Assembly (NCBI GenBank): GCA_022605425.2
Contig: CM061246.1
Coordinates: forward strand, 1,909,230-1,973,229
Direction of reading: 5' to 3'
DNA length: 64,000 bases
From: Hamiltosporidium tvaerminnensis FI-OER-3-3
Lineage: Eukaryota; Fungi; Microsporidia
A model generated the notes under the pieces. That model saw only the letters and a list, made by a program, of their open reading frames with translations. It did no database searches and had not been told where the DNA came from. Positions 23,070-36,189 of the stretch are shown piece by piece. The stretch's first letter is position 1; every line of letters starts with the position of its first letter. Position numbers and translations under genes: made by a program.

Positions 23070-26000
23070 AAATAAAATTCTGGGTTAAAATATTTTTAAC
23101 ATTTTTATATGTTTTCTTCTACCTCTTTAACCACTATTGTCTCTTCTTCCAAATCCGATTCTTTATTTTGTTATTGATCAGTTCCTCTAAAGTGATTCTT
23201 CCTTGTGAAATAAAGGGTGCTTTATTTTTTGGTTTAAAATTTTTTGCAGCATCTTCCTCTCTCTTCTCTTCTTTTAAAGGGGGTGTTGATTCCTCATGCA
23301 TCTCTGCTCTCATAATAACACCTATTGACGCTCTCTCCCAGTTCTCTTCGGCATTTAGTCCTGACTCAAGTCCTCTTCGTCGATCAAAGGAAATTGTTTC
23401 GACTGTTTTCTTAAGTACTATAGACTGAATGTATGCCTCTACATTCATGGGTATTTCTAGTATTTTAAGATGAGATTTATGGTATTTTGTCACAATACCG
23501 TCCCAGGTCATCACATAAGGGATTATCTCAACACTACACTTATAAATAAGACCCAACTCATTGGCTAGCAGGTCTTACTTCCTAAGTTTTTCAGTTTCCA
23601 CTATTTGAAGTGAATCTTGGGAAGTGATTCCTACTTCAATGAGTGTTATCTTATTCTTCTTCTTATCTAAAATAAATATGTCCGGTCTGTTATTCCGAAT
23701 TTTAACATCAGTTTTTATTCTGGTGTCTACTCTTATCTCTGCATACTCATTATCAAGAATTTCTTGAACTGAGTGACTCCTTATTCGTTTTGAAGACTTA
23801 AACTTATATCTATTTAGAAGAAGTAGGTGTAGGCATCTAACCACTTCATTATGCCGTCTAGTGTAATCATGGCCTAGCATTTTTTCGCATCTAGTTGCTA
23901 GATGATCTACAGTCTTACCAGACTTCCCGCAATGTTGACACACACCATCTGCTCCCCAGAATACATTTATATCCTGGATATAGCAGAACACAGCTTCATT
24001 TCGTGGCCTAATATTTCCTCTCTTTAGCCATCTTGAAGAGTCACTAACACTTACAAGCTCATTTTTCCTTGCATTATATAACTTTGAATGTAGTTTTTGT
24101 TTTTCTATTTCGTTATATAGTTTTGCAAGTTGAGCTTCTTCTAAACTTTTCTTAGTGACTTCTTCTAACAACCTGTACTTTACTTTTAAGAAGCCTTTTA
24201 TTAGTGCAAGATGGGTTTTATTATTATTCTCCACCTTGAGGATTGCTGCTCGTCTAGTGGATATTTCTTTACTTTTTTCCAGACAATCCAAGAGTTGCAG
24301 AAGCATATGTTCGCTTCGCAACTCAACACTATGCAGGCCTCTTCCAAGTTCTGTTCTAGGAAGATACAACCGCTCTTTACATCCTGGGCGGAGATGTATC
24401 TTATTCTTAACCAACACCGCACGCACTGCATCATCTAACTTAGAGAAGTCAGCCGGTTCAAGTCGAAGTACTCCTATGTGATAGTTGATTAACGATATCG
24501 CATGTTGATTGATTGCAGAAAATAATTTTTTTGCGTTTAATATAGTGTGACAAAGTCTTTCAAGTCTTGATATAAGTTTGCTTTGTAATTCTTCAAATGA
24601 GCTACGTGTTGGAATTCCTCTGCTATCTTCTATTATTCCTAAATATTTGTAAACATTAACACCTTCTAGAGGAGTAGCAGTATCTTCACAACACGTATCA
24701 TTTGTGGCCGACTTCTCTTTGTTAATCTCTAAGCCAATCACCTCTAAAAATTCCTTTGCCTCGCCTGTCATAGCACTCAATGTGGAGCTGTCTTTTGCAA
24801 GGAGCTTAAGATCATCAATAAACAAGAGATGATTAGTAGAATGGGATTCTGCATCTGTTTGTACTGTCGCTTTTGTGTATTTTTCATTAAGCTTTCGGCT
24901 TAATGGATCCATACACAACACAAATAACAAAGGTGACAGACTATCTCCTTGTAGGATCCCTCTATCAATCTTCTTGCTCATGATTTTTTCAAGCCCTACT
25001 GATATATCAATTTTCCATTTTGATATAATTACCTTAATAAATTTCAGGATCCAAACAGGTAAATTAAGGTTTTCAATGCATTGAGTTAAATAAGCATGAT
25101 CTATTGAATCATAAGCTTTTTTAACATCAATCCATGTTGCCTTAAGATTGTTTCCATACTCTTTATTTAAGGCAATATTCAGTAGAGCCTGCTTTTTTGC
25201 TCCCTGCACACCTCTAACTGCTCCCAACTGGTTCTCCGCAAGCAACCCTCGTCTTTCCACTTCAATTTGAACGACTTTCGTTACACACTTTGTCGTTAAC
25301 TTATAGAGGTTGGACATACAAGTGATTGGCCTGTAGTCAGAGCCTCTTCGTGGACTTCCTTTCGGTATCAAATACGTAAGCCAGCAGTAAAACCAATCAG
25401 CTTGAGGTGTTTCTTCTAAACATATAACTTTCACAATATCATAAATATATTTGTGAAGAGTTGTAAGTTTCTTAATGAAAAAATTGTAAATACCATCAAT
25501 TCCAGCAGCTTTCCAATTAGGGAGCCAATTAATGATATTTACAAATTCCTCAAGTGAAGGAAACGTGGTCGGATGATTATCTGATACAAATGGAATCAAA
25601 TAATCATCGTACGTGACTATGTCATCATTTTTGTTCCACATTGTAGACCAAAAACTCACAATTTCATCACGACTAACCACATGTTCGGATTCCACACGCT
25701 CAGATAACCCCCGATAAAATTGACCTCGGAAAAGCTCAAACATACGATTCTCTTTTTGGAATTGCTTCCTTCTTTCATGCATCGTAATTTTTTTCTCGTA
25801 AACATTCAAAGACTCATTCTTCTTAACTAAAGCCTCAGAAAGATCAGTTACACTGCTCAAGTTTAAATTAAACTCTCGCATGATTTTCTTAAGGCTCTTC
25901 GTTTCCGAAGTGGAGAGCTTTTCCTGCTTACGAGCCTTCTCGAGAAGATCTTTGGAAAGTACTAACTTAGAAATTTTATTTTCTATGTTTTCCTTCCAAG

Positions 26001-26800
26001 CGGATCTAGGCTTTTCTTTGCGTGTTGCCTCGTCATAGCATACTTGGGCGGCCTAGATTATCTGTGCCACTGCAGTTATCGTCATCGGCACACAAGAATC
26101 AGCATACTCACCGATAATTCGATTAATAAGGTCCAAAACTTTACTGTCAACCAATTCACTTGGAAGCTTTCGAGTTCGGACTACCACTTTTCCAATTTCC
26201 TTCATCGAGATTTCTTTGATTTTACTCAAGAATTTATCTCTCAGGTTTATGTACTCTGTGGTGTCAGTCAGGGTGCATGGCTCTGTGAGACAATTGGCGA
26301 TTCTACGTCGCTCTCCATTCTCTTCTTGCCTTATTTCCCTTTCTGCCTCATTTTGTGCGAGTTTTTTAAACGTATCGATATCTAGTGTGCAGCTAAATTT
26401 CTCATTATAGTACCTCAGAATAGCGGGCCAGCCCTTTCTGGGCATTCTCTCAAACCTCTTTTGCAATGCTAGAATAGCAGATCTAGGCCATTCCTGCTCT
26501 ACGACTGTGACAGAGTCAAGTATTGAGTGCTATACCATCAGTCGATTCCCTTCTAGAATGGCATATGTATTGAGGTTTGTCATGCCGTTGGCTGGTTCAC
26601 ACGCAGTGGCATCGGTACCAGAAGACGAGGGTATGGTGTCAACCAAACAGACTGGACTAGTCTGGCAACTACTGCTTGGTGGTTGGTGGGTGGTGTCATG
26701 GAAGGTCGGTGGAGTTGGAAGTCTCTCGGATAACATTGCTACATCTACATCATACATCAAAATCTCTCTTGCGTTGTTCCCCCAGTTGTTTACAGCCTTT
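23070..26800 (-). mobile_element. Near-full-length non-LTR retrotransposon with RT and restriction-like endonuclease (R4/Dong/NeSL-type), pseudogenised
   Basis: One continuous frame 26760-23134 with three in-frame stops (26530, 26053, 23575). RT motifs KAAGIDGI, YRPITC, DVKKAYDS, QGDSLSP, FIDD, YKYLG; CCHC knuckle CQHC..DHLATRC; RHN; RPD..E endonuclease motif. Confidence 0.95.
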
Positions 26801-26899
26801 ATTTTTTCATTTTTTATATTTTCGCTGTCTACTTTTTTTCCTTCTACCCATTTTCAAACTTTATAAAACACATATACCCATAATTTGTAACCCATTTAA

Positions 26900-28087
26900 A
26901 TGAAAAATATAAGAAACGTTTATAAAATATTAAAATTAATAGAAAAAGCTTCTGAAATAAAATTAAACTACAAAAATTTAGAAAAAAGAGAAACTTTACA
27001 CAAAAAGATAAAATTGTAAATATTTACTTAATAAAAATATTAAAAAAAAATTAAAAAAATTTAATAAAAAATATACAAAAGTATAAAATATTGTATAATT
27101 GGAGAAATAAATACAGTGGTTTATGACTTTTATGAAGATATAGAATGGTTGAAAAGTAAAAAAGAAAAAATAAAAATATTTAATGAAATAGAAAATAAAA
27201 TCAGTGATAAAATAGAAAATATATTTAGTAATGAAGAAAGATATGGTAGGTGTGTAGATCTTAAAAGTATTTTTGAAAAGTATAGAAGTATTATGAAATT
27301 TACAGATTATAAGGAATTTTTAGAAGATTTCCTTTGTGTTGAAAAATACAATTTTAGTTATTTTTCGTATTTAAAAGAATTAAATGAATATTTAAAAAGT
27401 TTTTGTTCAAGAGCTAAAATTAGAAAAAATAAGAAAATAAAAAATAAAAAAATAGAAAATGAACAAGAAATAGAACTTAGAGTTTTTTTCGATAGTAGAA
27501 CATTCTGTGAAGGATGTAATAAAATAATAATGACTAAAATGGTTTGTTTTCATATCAAAGGTAAGAGACATATGAAAAATATAAGTTGTAACCTTTTGAA
27601 TATAAAGTATGAGGAAATTTATAAATTTGAAAAAGAAATAAAAATATTTACAAAAATTTTTAAAGATGAAATTGAATTATCGAAAAGTCTTTGTAATGTT
27701 ATAGAAATAGAATGTATTTCTAATGAAGAAATTTCAGGTACAAAAAAATTTGCAGTTGAAAAAAATGAAGAAATTCCATCGTGGCTTAAGAAATATTACG
27801 GACTTGATATAACTTTTAGATGTGAAATTTGTAAAAATAAAAAAATACGAGGAAGAAAAGAATTCCTTAAACATTTTAAACAGCCGGAACACCTTGAAAA
27901 TCTTAAAACACACAATATTGAATACTGTGATTTATTTTATGGAATTACCACCTTTTCTGGAATAGAATATATGAAAACTCGCATATTTTTAGATCAAAAT
28001 ATTTTTATTGAAGAAGTAGAAGATGAAGAAGGGAATGTTTATGACAAAAAGACATTTGAAGATTTAAAAAAAATCGGAATTATTTGA
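26900..28087 (+). CDS. PRP9: Splicing factor 3a subunit 3 (U2 snRNP); 5' part needs an intron or indel correction
   Basis: FSNEERYGRCVDL, C..C zinc finger, IPSWLKKYYGLD..FRCEIC..GRKEFLKHF...EH, EEVEDEEGNVYDKKTFEDLKK.G. ATG 26900 follows a CCC motif and is in frame with the 27116 ORF but separated from it by stops. Confidence 0.9.
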
Positions 28088-28278
28088 TTAAATTTTCTAT
28101 CTTTTTGAAAGTATGAAATATTAAATTAAAGATTTAAAAAAAATGGGAATTATTTGATTAAATTATAATATTTTGAAATTATGAAATATTAATTTGAAGA
28201 TTTAAAAAAAGTATGAATAATTATTTGATGGAATTATAATATTTTGAAAGTATGAAATATTAAATTGAAATATTTAAG
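28055..28278. repeat. Tandem repeat (~70 bp x3) that begins inside the PRP9 3' end and duplicates its stop codon
   Basis: gatttaaaaaaa..ggaattatttgattaaatt..ttttgaaagtatgaaatattaa recurs at 28061, 28131 and 28199. Confidence 0.9.
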
Positions 28279-28611
28279 AATCAAGAAATTTGAATTCATA
28301 ATCTAAATTTTCAAGGAAATATATGCTATATTTATTTTGTTCTACTGATGTATTTTCCTGGCTTATAATTATATATAATTACAATTTTTATCTCAATTTT
28401 TCAAGACTTGAATATAATTTCTAATTATTTTTACTAAAATGAAATGTTTGGTGCAAATCTCCAGTAAAAAAGCGAATTTTTTTTTATTTTAGAATTAAAT
28501 TAAAAAACGACCTATAACTTATTGAAATATTAAAAAAACTTTATAAAATAACAAATTTAAGCTATTTTTAGAAGAAAATTTTAAAAAAATTAAATTTAAA
28601 TAAAAAAAAAT

Positions 28612-29349
28612 TTAAACGTTTTTTGAATTTTTAATTCCCATTTCAGCTATTTTATCAATTATATCTTCTTCGTCACTATAGCATCTCTCTCTATAATCAC
28701 ATTCTAAAGCACTTTCATCATCCTTAAAAACTTCTGGTTTAAATTGAAACAATTCGGTTCCTTTCATTTTAATTTCCCGTGCTTTCTTTTCAAACTCCAC
28801 CTGTTCTTCTATTTTCTTTTTTTTCCATTTCATAAAAGTTTCTTCTGTTAATTTTTCGTTTTCTTGTATTTCTTGTCTGCTCAATTCTAGAAATTCTTCA
28901 AGAGTAATTTCTGCGTTTTCTTTATCCACATCAATTAATTTATGTACATCGCTACATGTTTTGTCTGGACAAATCCATTGTGAATTATATTGACCGGAAT
29001 TCATAGCATCTAACATAAAACGACATACAAGTTTTACTTGCTGATCTTCATTCTTCGGTTCTAAGGAAATATCATGATTAAACTTACAATTGGTTTTCTT
29101 GCAGTTGCCCTGTAAGAAAAGTTTACAGGGAACTGTTTTAGGATCCACACCTACGGGTACTTTTTGTACCGTTTCTTTTCGTTCATCCTTTTTGTCGTCC
29201 TTTTTCTTTGAAACGGTTTCTAGCGTTTTTAATTTTTCCATTTGTTTTTTTAATTGAAGATTTTTTTTCTTATTCTTTTGTCCAAACATTTTTTCTTCCA
29301 ATTCTTTCTTTTGCTCCTTTACCGATTTTGGTGGAAGTTTTGGTGGCAT
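28612..29349 (-). CDS. TMA46: Tandem CCCH zinc-finger protein, Tma46/ZC3H15 family
   Basis: MPPK start, EEKMFGQKNKK, QKVPVGVDPKTVPC..F..G.C....CKFNHD, second CCCH, ITLEEFLE, LTEETFMKWK, GTELF. Confidence 0.92.
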   Translation of the reverse strand: MPPKLPPKSVKEQKKELEEKMFGQKNKKKNLQLKKQMEKLKTLETVSKKKDDKKDERKETVQKVPVGVDPKTVPCKLFLQGNCKKTNCKFNHDISLEPKNEDQQVKLVCRFMLDAMNSGQYNSQWICPDKTCSDVHKLIDVDKENAEITLEEFLELSRQEIQENEKLTEETFMKWKKKKIEEQVEFEKKAREIKMKGTELFQFKPEVFKDDESALECDYRERCYSDEEDIIDKIAEMGIKNSKNV

Positions 29350-30159
29350 AACAACGGTAAATAAAATTTCTGATAAAAGACAAGAAAAAACATTTTTTTT
29401 AGAAATTCGATAATAATAACGATCTGCTGAAAAGTGCTACAATAAACTCAGAATTAGAAATTTCTGTTTTTTTTTGTTTCTTAATCAATTTATTTTTCTG
29501 ATAAAAAAATGAAAATATTTGTTCATATTTAAAATATATTTCATAATTTTTATATCAGTTGGTTAGAATTGATTTTATTTAAAATAAGTTTAAAGTTGAG
29601 TCGATCGTAGTATTGTTACGGAAATCAATGATTTTTTAGCTTAAACATATTTTTTAGCCTCGTATTTTTAATTACCTGTATTTGGTCTGAAAAAAATCAA
29701 TTTCAACGGCGGAAATATTTATAACAATATATTAACACACTCTTGCACTCCTAGAAAGTTTCTTTGTTAAAACCAAATCCAATCAAGATATATATGTTTA
29801 ACCGTATATTATATTATCTGGTTTCTTTCGATATGAATAGAATACAATCTTCATTTGAATTAAAGCTTGGTTAAGTTATATGCCTTTCAAAGACATTTTT
29901 ATTTCGATTGGTTAGGTTGTCAGTTCAGGGCAAATTTTCTTTTAGGAAAGATAAGAGTATATCAAGAAGTGATTGAACCAATCCTTAAGAAGTGAATTCT
30001 TATATCTATACCAATAGCCCATTTGCGGCGAAATATAATTTAGAAACCTTAATTCTAAAATGATTTCTTTGCCAATTTTATTATTTTTACATACATTTTT
30101 TAAGTTTATGGATAATAAAACTTAGACTTCAAATAGTTAAATTATTATAAGATTAACCT

Positions 30160-30268
30160 TAGAGGGTAGATACCTACATAAAAAACCATTTGTTTTGAAA
30201 TGAATATGTGAAATTGCTGTGAAATCATTGCTTAAATTATTTGTTGGTATAAAAAACACACCGGATCT
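30160..30268 (+). mobile_element. 5' fragment of the structured non-coding repeat
   Basis: agagggtagatacctacataaaaaacc..aatgaatatgtgaaattgctgtgaaatcattgctt..taaaaaacacac aligns with 9883-9985. Confidence 0.75.
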
Positions 30269-30825
30269 GAGGGCTTATCTCCTAAAAGCCTAAACTACAA
30301 TAGATTAAAAAAAAATGAAAAATTAAATAACTGAATCACGAACCAATGGCCTATCATAAAAATCGGGACATAATATTGGAACATACAAGTAAAGGATTTC
30401 CGAGAAAATAGAAGAACATGTGAATATTGAAACATTTAGAGTCCCTAAAAAAGGTATTCTGTAAAAGGAAGAATAGATCCAGAAAAGACCAGTACATTCA
30501 TTTATAAGCAAAATAAAAAAACTAACGATATAATTGTTCATCCCCAACACCGAGAGGCAAAAGAAGACTGTAATAACTATTTAAGTATAATTTTCATAAA
30601 TATATATTTTAGAATTATAAATCTTGAAAAAAGAGATCTAAAAGCTCAATAATTATTTATAGAATAGCTTGTAAATAGAATTTTAAAATTTAAAAGAAAC
30701 ATTGTGTTTTATAAAAATTAATTGTAAAATAAATATATAATAAGAAACCGTACAAACATAGAATTGTTTTTGAATAGAACAAAACAGAAAGATAAATAGT
30801 AAAAGAATAAATCAGAAAATTTATT

Positions 30826-32547
30826 TCATCTTTTTTTGTAGAGAAGCAAGTAACCCACTATAAATATCCCGGAGACAGCCAATATCGGTAATAAAATGTA
30901 AAAAATAATTTCTTTGATGCCAAAACCATCTGACTTTTTCGACTCTGGATCCTGATTTGGGCTTTCTGGTTCGGGAGGGCAAAAGAGACGTTTTTTTCCT
31001 TCAGAACTAAGCGTGGAAATTTCATTTTCAAATATTTTTTTTAAATAACTTTCCTTAATCTTACTATCGTTTGCGAAAATCTCTTTTTCTTCTTTAAACA
31101 TTTTTTCATTTATTCGTTTGTCTAAAAACTTTTTGAAACTATCATTAGAAAACAATTCAACAAAACAATATATTTCCAATAAAATTGTTGTTTTGGGTAC
31201 TTTATTACAATTTAAATAATCTCCACCTTGGTTTTTAATATATTCAATCTTTTTTTGATCGAATATTTGTTTGAAACCATCAATACACTCTTTTCTATAT
31301 TTTTTTATTATTTCTATTTTTTCAATCTTCTCAAATTCCGTTTTTAAAACATCTGCAAGAAATAGAAATTCAATGATGATTCTTGAAATTTCTTTTTCAT
31401 TTACTATTTCTTTTTCGAGGCATAAAGCCTTTAAGCATAATACACCGGAAATATATTTATGATATTCTTCTGTTGTTTTTTCCTTCAAAAAATCATATAA
31501 TGTTTTTATAAAAATCACATTACGTTCGATACATAAAAGTTCTAAGAACACACGAGGGAAGTTGAGATCTTCTGGTTTATTTTGAAATTTGCTTATATTT
31601 TCATTGAATTCAAATATTTCATCAACTCTGCTTTGATTATTTAAAACCTTGGCCACAATTTTCTCAGAAATAAATTGTATAATCACTTTATACTGTTGAT
31701 CATTAAACATACAATTCATATTTCTAATTAATATTTCATCTGATTCTATCATATTAATAGCATGTTCGCCCGAGTTTATATAGTAATCTAAACGAAAGGA
31801 TTCGAGCCATGAGTTATCATATACACCACTATTAGGGTGAGCTCTCACAACTTGATAAAAACAATACCTTTTAAAATATCCCAAAAAACAAAAAATTTTT
31901 TCGAATGTTGCATTTGATAAGCTGTCTATTAAATAATGATTAGAATTTTCATCAAATATTATTTTTGTATTTTTTAAGAATTCTAGATCAGTTTCATCCC
32001 CTTTGTCAAAACTCCCTAATATCACTGGAACAGAATCCTCATATTTATCTTTGAGGCATCTGTGAAAATTTTCATTCGAAAACAGCCCGGTTTGAACCGA
32101 CAATAAACCCTCGAATATTTTTTTTACAATATCATTATATTCTTTATTTTCTGTATACATCTCAACAAATCTTCCGAAGCAAATCAGATTAAAAAGAAGT
32201 TCTGGATGATATGCTTTATATTCTTCTTCGCTGCAATTATTATAAACAATACAACAAATTATAGTTGTAAAATGTCTTAAGAAGGGATGAAGTTCTTTCT
32301 TGGTATAATCTTTTATTTTGTTGAAATAATAACTTGCAATTTCTAGCATTTGATCTTTGTGTTTGCAATTTATTTCTTTTAAAATTTCGTTAATATTTTC
32401 TTTTACTTCGCTGTTATCATCTGTTGTGCCATCATACGAAATTCTCATACAACACATTTCGTCTGTATTCGTTGGATCCTTCAAAATAACGTTAGAGTTA
32501 TTTTCCGGTCGTGACGCTGCTATGCAAAAAAAAATATGAAAAAACAT
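30826..32547 (-). CDS. Lineage-specific type I membrane protein (573 aa)
   Basis: Long ORF with a short hydrophobic N-terminal signal (MFFHIFFCIAAS), a Pro-rich linker, a C-terminal TM helix and a KKR tail; no recognised domain. Confidence 0.85.
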   Translation of the reverse strand: MFFHIFFCIAASRPENNSNVILKDPTNTDEMCCMRISYDGTTDDNSEVKENINEILKEINCKHKDQMLEIASYYFNKIKDYTKKELHPFLRHFTTIICCIVYNNCSEEEYKAYHPELLFNLICFGRFVEMYTENKEYNDIVKKIFEGLLSVQTGLFSNENFHRCLKDKYEDSVPVILGSFDKGDETDLEFLKNTKIIFDENSNHYLIDSLSNATFEKIFCFLGYFKRYCFYQVVRAHPNSGVYDNSWLESFRLDYYINSGEHAINMIESDEILIRNMNCMFNDQQYKVIIQFISEKIVAKVLNNQSRVDEIFEFNENISKFQNKPEDLNFPRVFLELLCIERNVIFIKTLYDFLKEKTTEEYHKYISGVLCLKALCLEKEIVNEKEISRIIIEFLFLADVLKTEFEKIEKIEIIKKYRKECIDGFKQIFDQKKIEYIKNQGGDYLNCNKVPKTTILLEIYCFVELFSNDSFKKFLDKRINEKMFKEEKEIFANDSKIKESYLKKIFENEISTLSSEGKKRLFCPPEPESPNQDPESKKSDGFGIKEIIFYILLPILAVSGIFIVGYLLLYKKR

Positions 32548-33821
32548 GGAATAAAATTTTTTTTCTATTATATATTCAGCAATTAACCAAAAAAACAGAT
32601 TATTTCGATCGGTGATAATTTACAAAATATTTTAGAATTACTTTTTAAAGTAAATTAACACGTTTTTTAATTGGTCATTTGAAAAAAAATATCAAATAAT
32701 TTTTAAGTTTGATCAATATGATTTTAATTTTTTTATATATTATTTAAAATTTATGTTCAAACCAATAAATTTATTTATTTTTATATTTTTTTCAAAAAAA
32801 AGGATGTTCTACAAACAGCAGAAATGTACGTTTAGATGCATTCATATTCCTGTTATACACCAATGATAAGAATTTGCCATTACAAGACTTAAAATCACCA
32901 ACCATTAGATGTTTATGAAATTATCAGAATGATGGATACTCCTATACAAAATTAATCAGAAAAGTTAGATTTCAATAATATCGCTCTAAAGGAGAGAAGG
33001 AAAAAAATAAAGTGCATCTAAAACCGGAATAAAAGCAAGAATGAATATATTTAACTTTTAACATTAGATATCTTTAACACAATAAGTAAATAAAATTCTT
33101 AAACAATAAAGCAATGCTACCATTAAATCATTTTTTTTATAAATTAAACGTTTTTGTCATAATGAAAACCATTATTTAAATTTTATTAAAAACCATAATT
33201 TTTATTTTTTTGTTTATCGAGTGTAACGTTTAACAGTAATTTTATCTATTTTAAATAATATTAAAACAATTAATTCTACTCTTAAATATTTTTATTTCAC
33301 CAAAGATCTTTACAAAGTTCAATTCATTAAATTGTGCATCTCTTTTATTTGCAAACAAACTAGTTCACCCGGCGAGTGTTACTATGATAATGAAAGATAG
33401 ATTCAAGAATAAGAAAAACAAAAAATAAATTGGTTTAGGAATTTAATTAGTAGTTATATATTTTTAAGTGCTTTTGAATATTAATATTCTTTGTTTTTGG
33501 TATGGTGTCTAAACGGAAAAATTTTAATGCTTGAAGTGGCTACATAGAGTTATTATCTGAAAAGCAAGTGTTAATCAAAACTATTCTACATATTACAGCA
33601 TTTACTCGCTTGGATTTTATTGTCTTACCAAAGATGAGTAGCAAAGAAACTTACATTTTTAATTTCTTATACGTTGGAACCGTTTTAATGTGTGGGAACA
33701 GTAAAATACCCCTTTAATAATACTTGTATATTATTAAAACCTTTTAGGGTATCACACTCTTAAATAACACTCTATTCTTATTTCTCTTTATATTGGCACC
33801 TTTCAACATACAATAATCTAT

Positions 33822-34040
33822 ATTAACAAGCCTTTAACCTATATGGGTAATTAACACCCTTTATACTACAACTATTATAATTAACACCCTTTATACTACA
33901 ACCATAATTATTAACACCATTTAATTTACAACTATTATAATTAACACACTTTATACTATGACAATCATTACTAATTCCCTTTAATCTGCAACAATCATTA
34001 TTAACTCCCTTTATACTACACTATATATTAACACGTTTTA
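33822..34040. repeat. 30-bp minisatellite x~7
   Basis: ttaacaccctttatactacaactattataa-type units at 33851, 33881, 33911, 33941, 33971 and 34001. Confidence 0.92.
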
Positions 34041-36189
34041 ATGAAACCCCATAATAATCCATTTTTTTAATCTATCTTCATGATGAAAACAATACCCCCC
34101 TTTATTTACAGTCTTTAACACATACATTCATTTTTATTTTTATAGATAGATCATTGTAAAACACAATATACTAAACTTAGTTTGAATATTATTCTTTAAG
34201 TAAAGTATCACAATTAATTAATTTGAACTTATGCAAAAAATAGTTCTCTACTCTACAAATTGACTAGTAATTAACGTATTATCAGAATAAAATAAATTCA
34301 TATTTCTTAAATATTAAATATATTTTTACAAATTAGAAATATATTTAAATAGATTGAATTTAAGAAATCTAAACTTAAAAGAATAAAATTTAAACTAACT
34401 TAAAATTTTTAATGAATGATTTAGAAACCAGATAAACAATCCTGTTTGTACTAAAGCAAAGTATATAATAAAGAATTAATCCCATCTAATATTCAATTAT
34501 ATAATTGTAATATTTTTTAAACGAGATGATGAAAATTAAGTCAAATATACAATTATAAAGAAAATATACTAACGTTTATTCTCTAAAAATAATTATTATC
34601 GTAAATTTATGATATAAAATCTGTTACTCTATTATAAACTTAATTATTTATTTCTTACTTCAGTACAAATTTTGTAGAATTAAAATAAATTTCTTTAAAT
34701 ATTTGTAAAACAAGTTTTTTTGATTCATCGTTTTCTGTAGAATTTCTAGAAGAATTAAACGAATTTAAAGAAATAAATTTATTTGAAAGGAAACTTGTAT
34801 GCAAAATTATTACAGGTTTTTACGTCAGACATCGTAATTATATTCAATTAAATTAAAATTTGCTGTTCAGGCTTAAACGAAATGATACAAGATAACTGTT
34901 TTATTCAGATTTCTTAGGTAAAGCATGAATCGAATTATTTAGTGAATATAAATGTTATCCTTACTTTGTGCTTGTATTCTTATTTATACCTTGTTCGTTA
35001 AATATTAATATTTCTTGAAAGGGAAATAAAAATGAAAGAAATTTAAATTCTATATTATAATTGAACCTTATGATTCGTTTGAATCAAATAATACATTAAA
35101 AGATTGACATTGGTGTCATAAACAATTTGGTATTTTAAATATATACTTTGTTTGAATATAATCAATAGAAACCTTGAAAAAATACGAAGTATTACTTGTA
35201 TGATTGTCTGAGTATTTAAAGAATATTAGATATATATATAAGATTCAAAAATTTGCAAAAAATATCATAAAACTATTAAAAGAAAATTAGAAAAGGAAAC
35301 ATGTGGAATTAAAAATATTTATTTATAGCAGTTTACATTTAAATAATAATTTATCTATTTTTTTTGATTTAGTATTGAATACATAGATGAAGTATTATTT
35401 AGAGGTATTGGTTTTTTTAGATTTTATTGAAAAAATTACAAATAGTTTAATTAGTCTCAAAGTTTCTTAAAAATAATTATTGTATATCATTACATCTTTA
35501 TTAATTTTGATTTTTTTTCTTACTTTATTCTTTTGATTTATAGAAAATTTGAATTTTTCAATTGTTCATCATTATCGAAACATTTGACATATTTCATCGG
35601 ATCGTTTTTTACTTCCTAGCCATACGAATAAATACTTTGAAGTCAGAAATTTGTTCGTTTGTTTTTGGTAGTATCAATATAAGATTCTCATTTTGAAGGA
35701 TATACATGATTTTTTGAAATTTAAATATTTATGACGTATTTAAAATAACAAGAATAGTGATGCCATTTTTTATATCAGTTCCGTATTATATAATGGAAAT
35801 ATAAAGTATACTGTAGGATTCCACAATCCGCAAATAATTTCTTGTGTTAAGTTTTACCAGTATTTTCAATTTTTTATTGCCTATTAGAAGAAACCTAAAA
35901 AATATAGAATAAGAAAAAAAATATAGATTATAACATATATCTAACAAAAAAAGCCATAGCTATTTTTATGCAAATTTTAGAAATCACATAGATTTTATTA
36001 TAAAGAGAAATAAGAAATAATTTTTTCTATCTGTCTATTTATTTAAACTATGATTCTTCTTATCTTTTTGCGAGCCTTAAAGTAGCTTCATTTATCTTTA
36101 ATTTATTTAGTTTTAAGAAGAAAATTAAATTGATAACCCAATATAATGAAGGCAATTTAAACCATGGTATATATAATCTGATTAAATAA

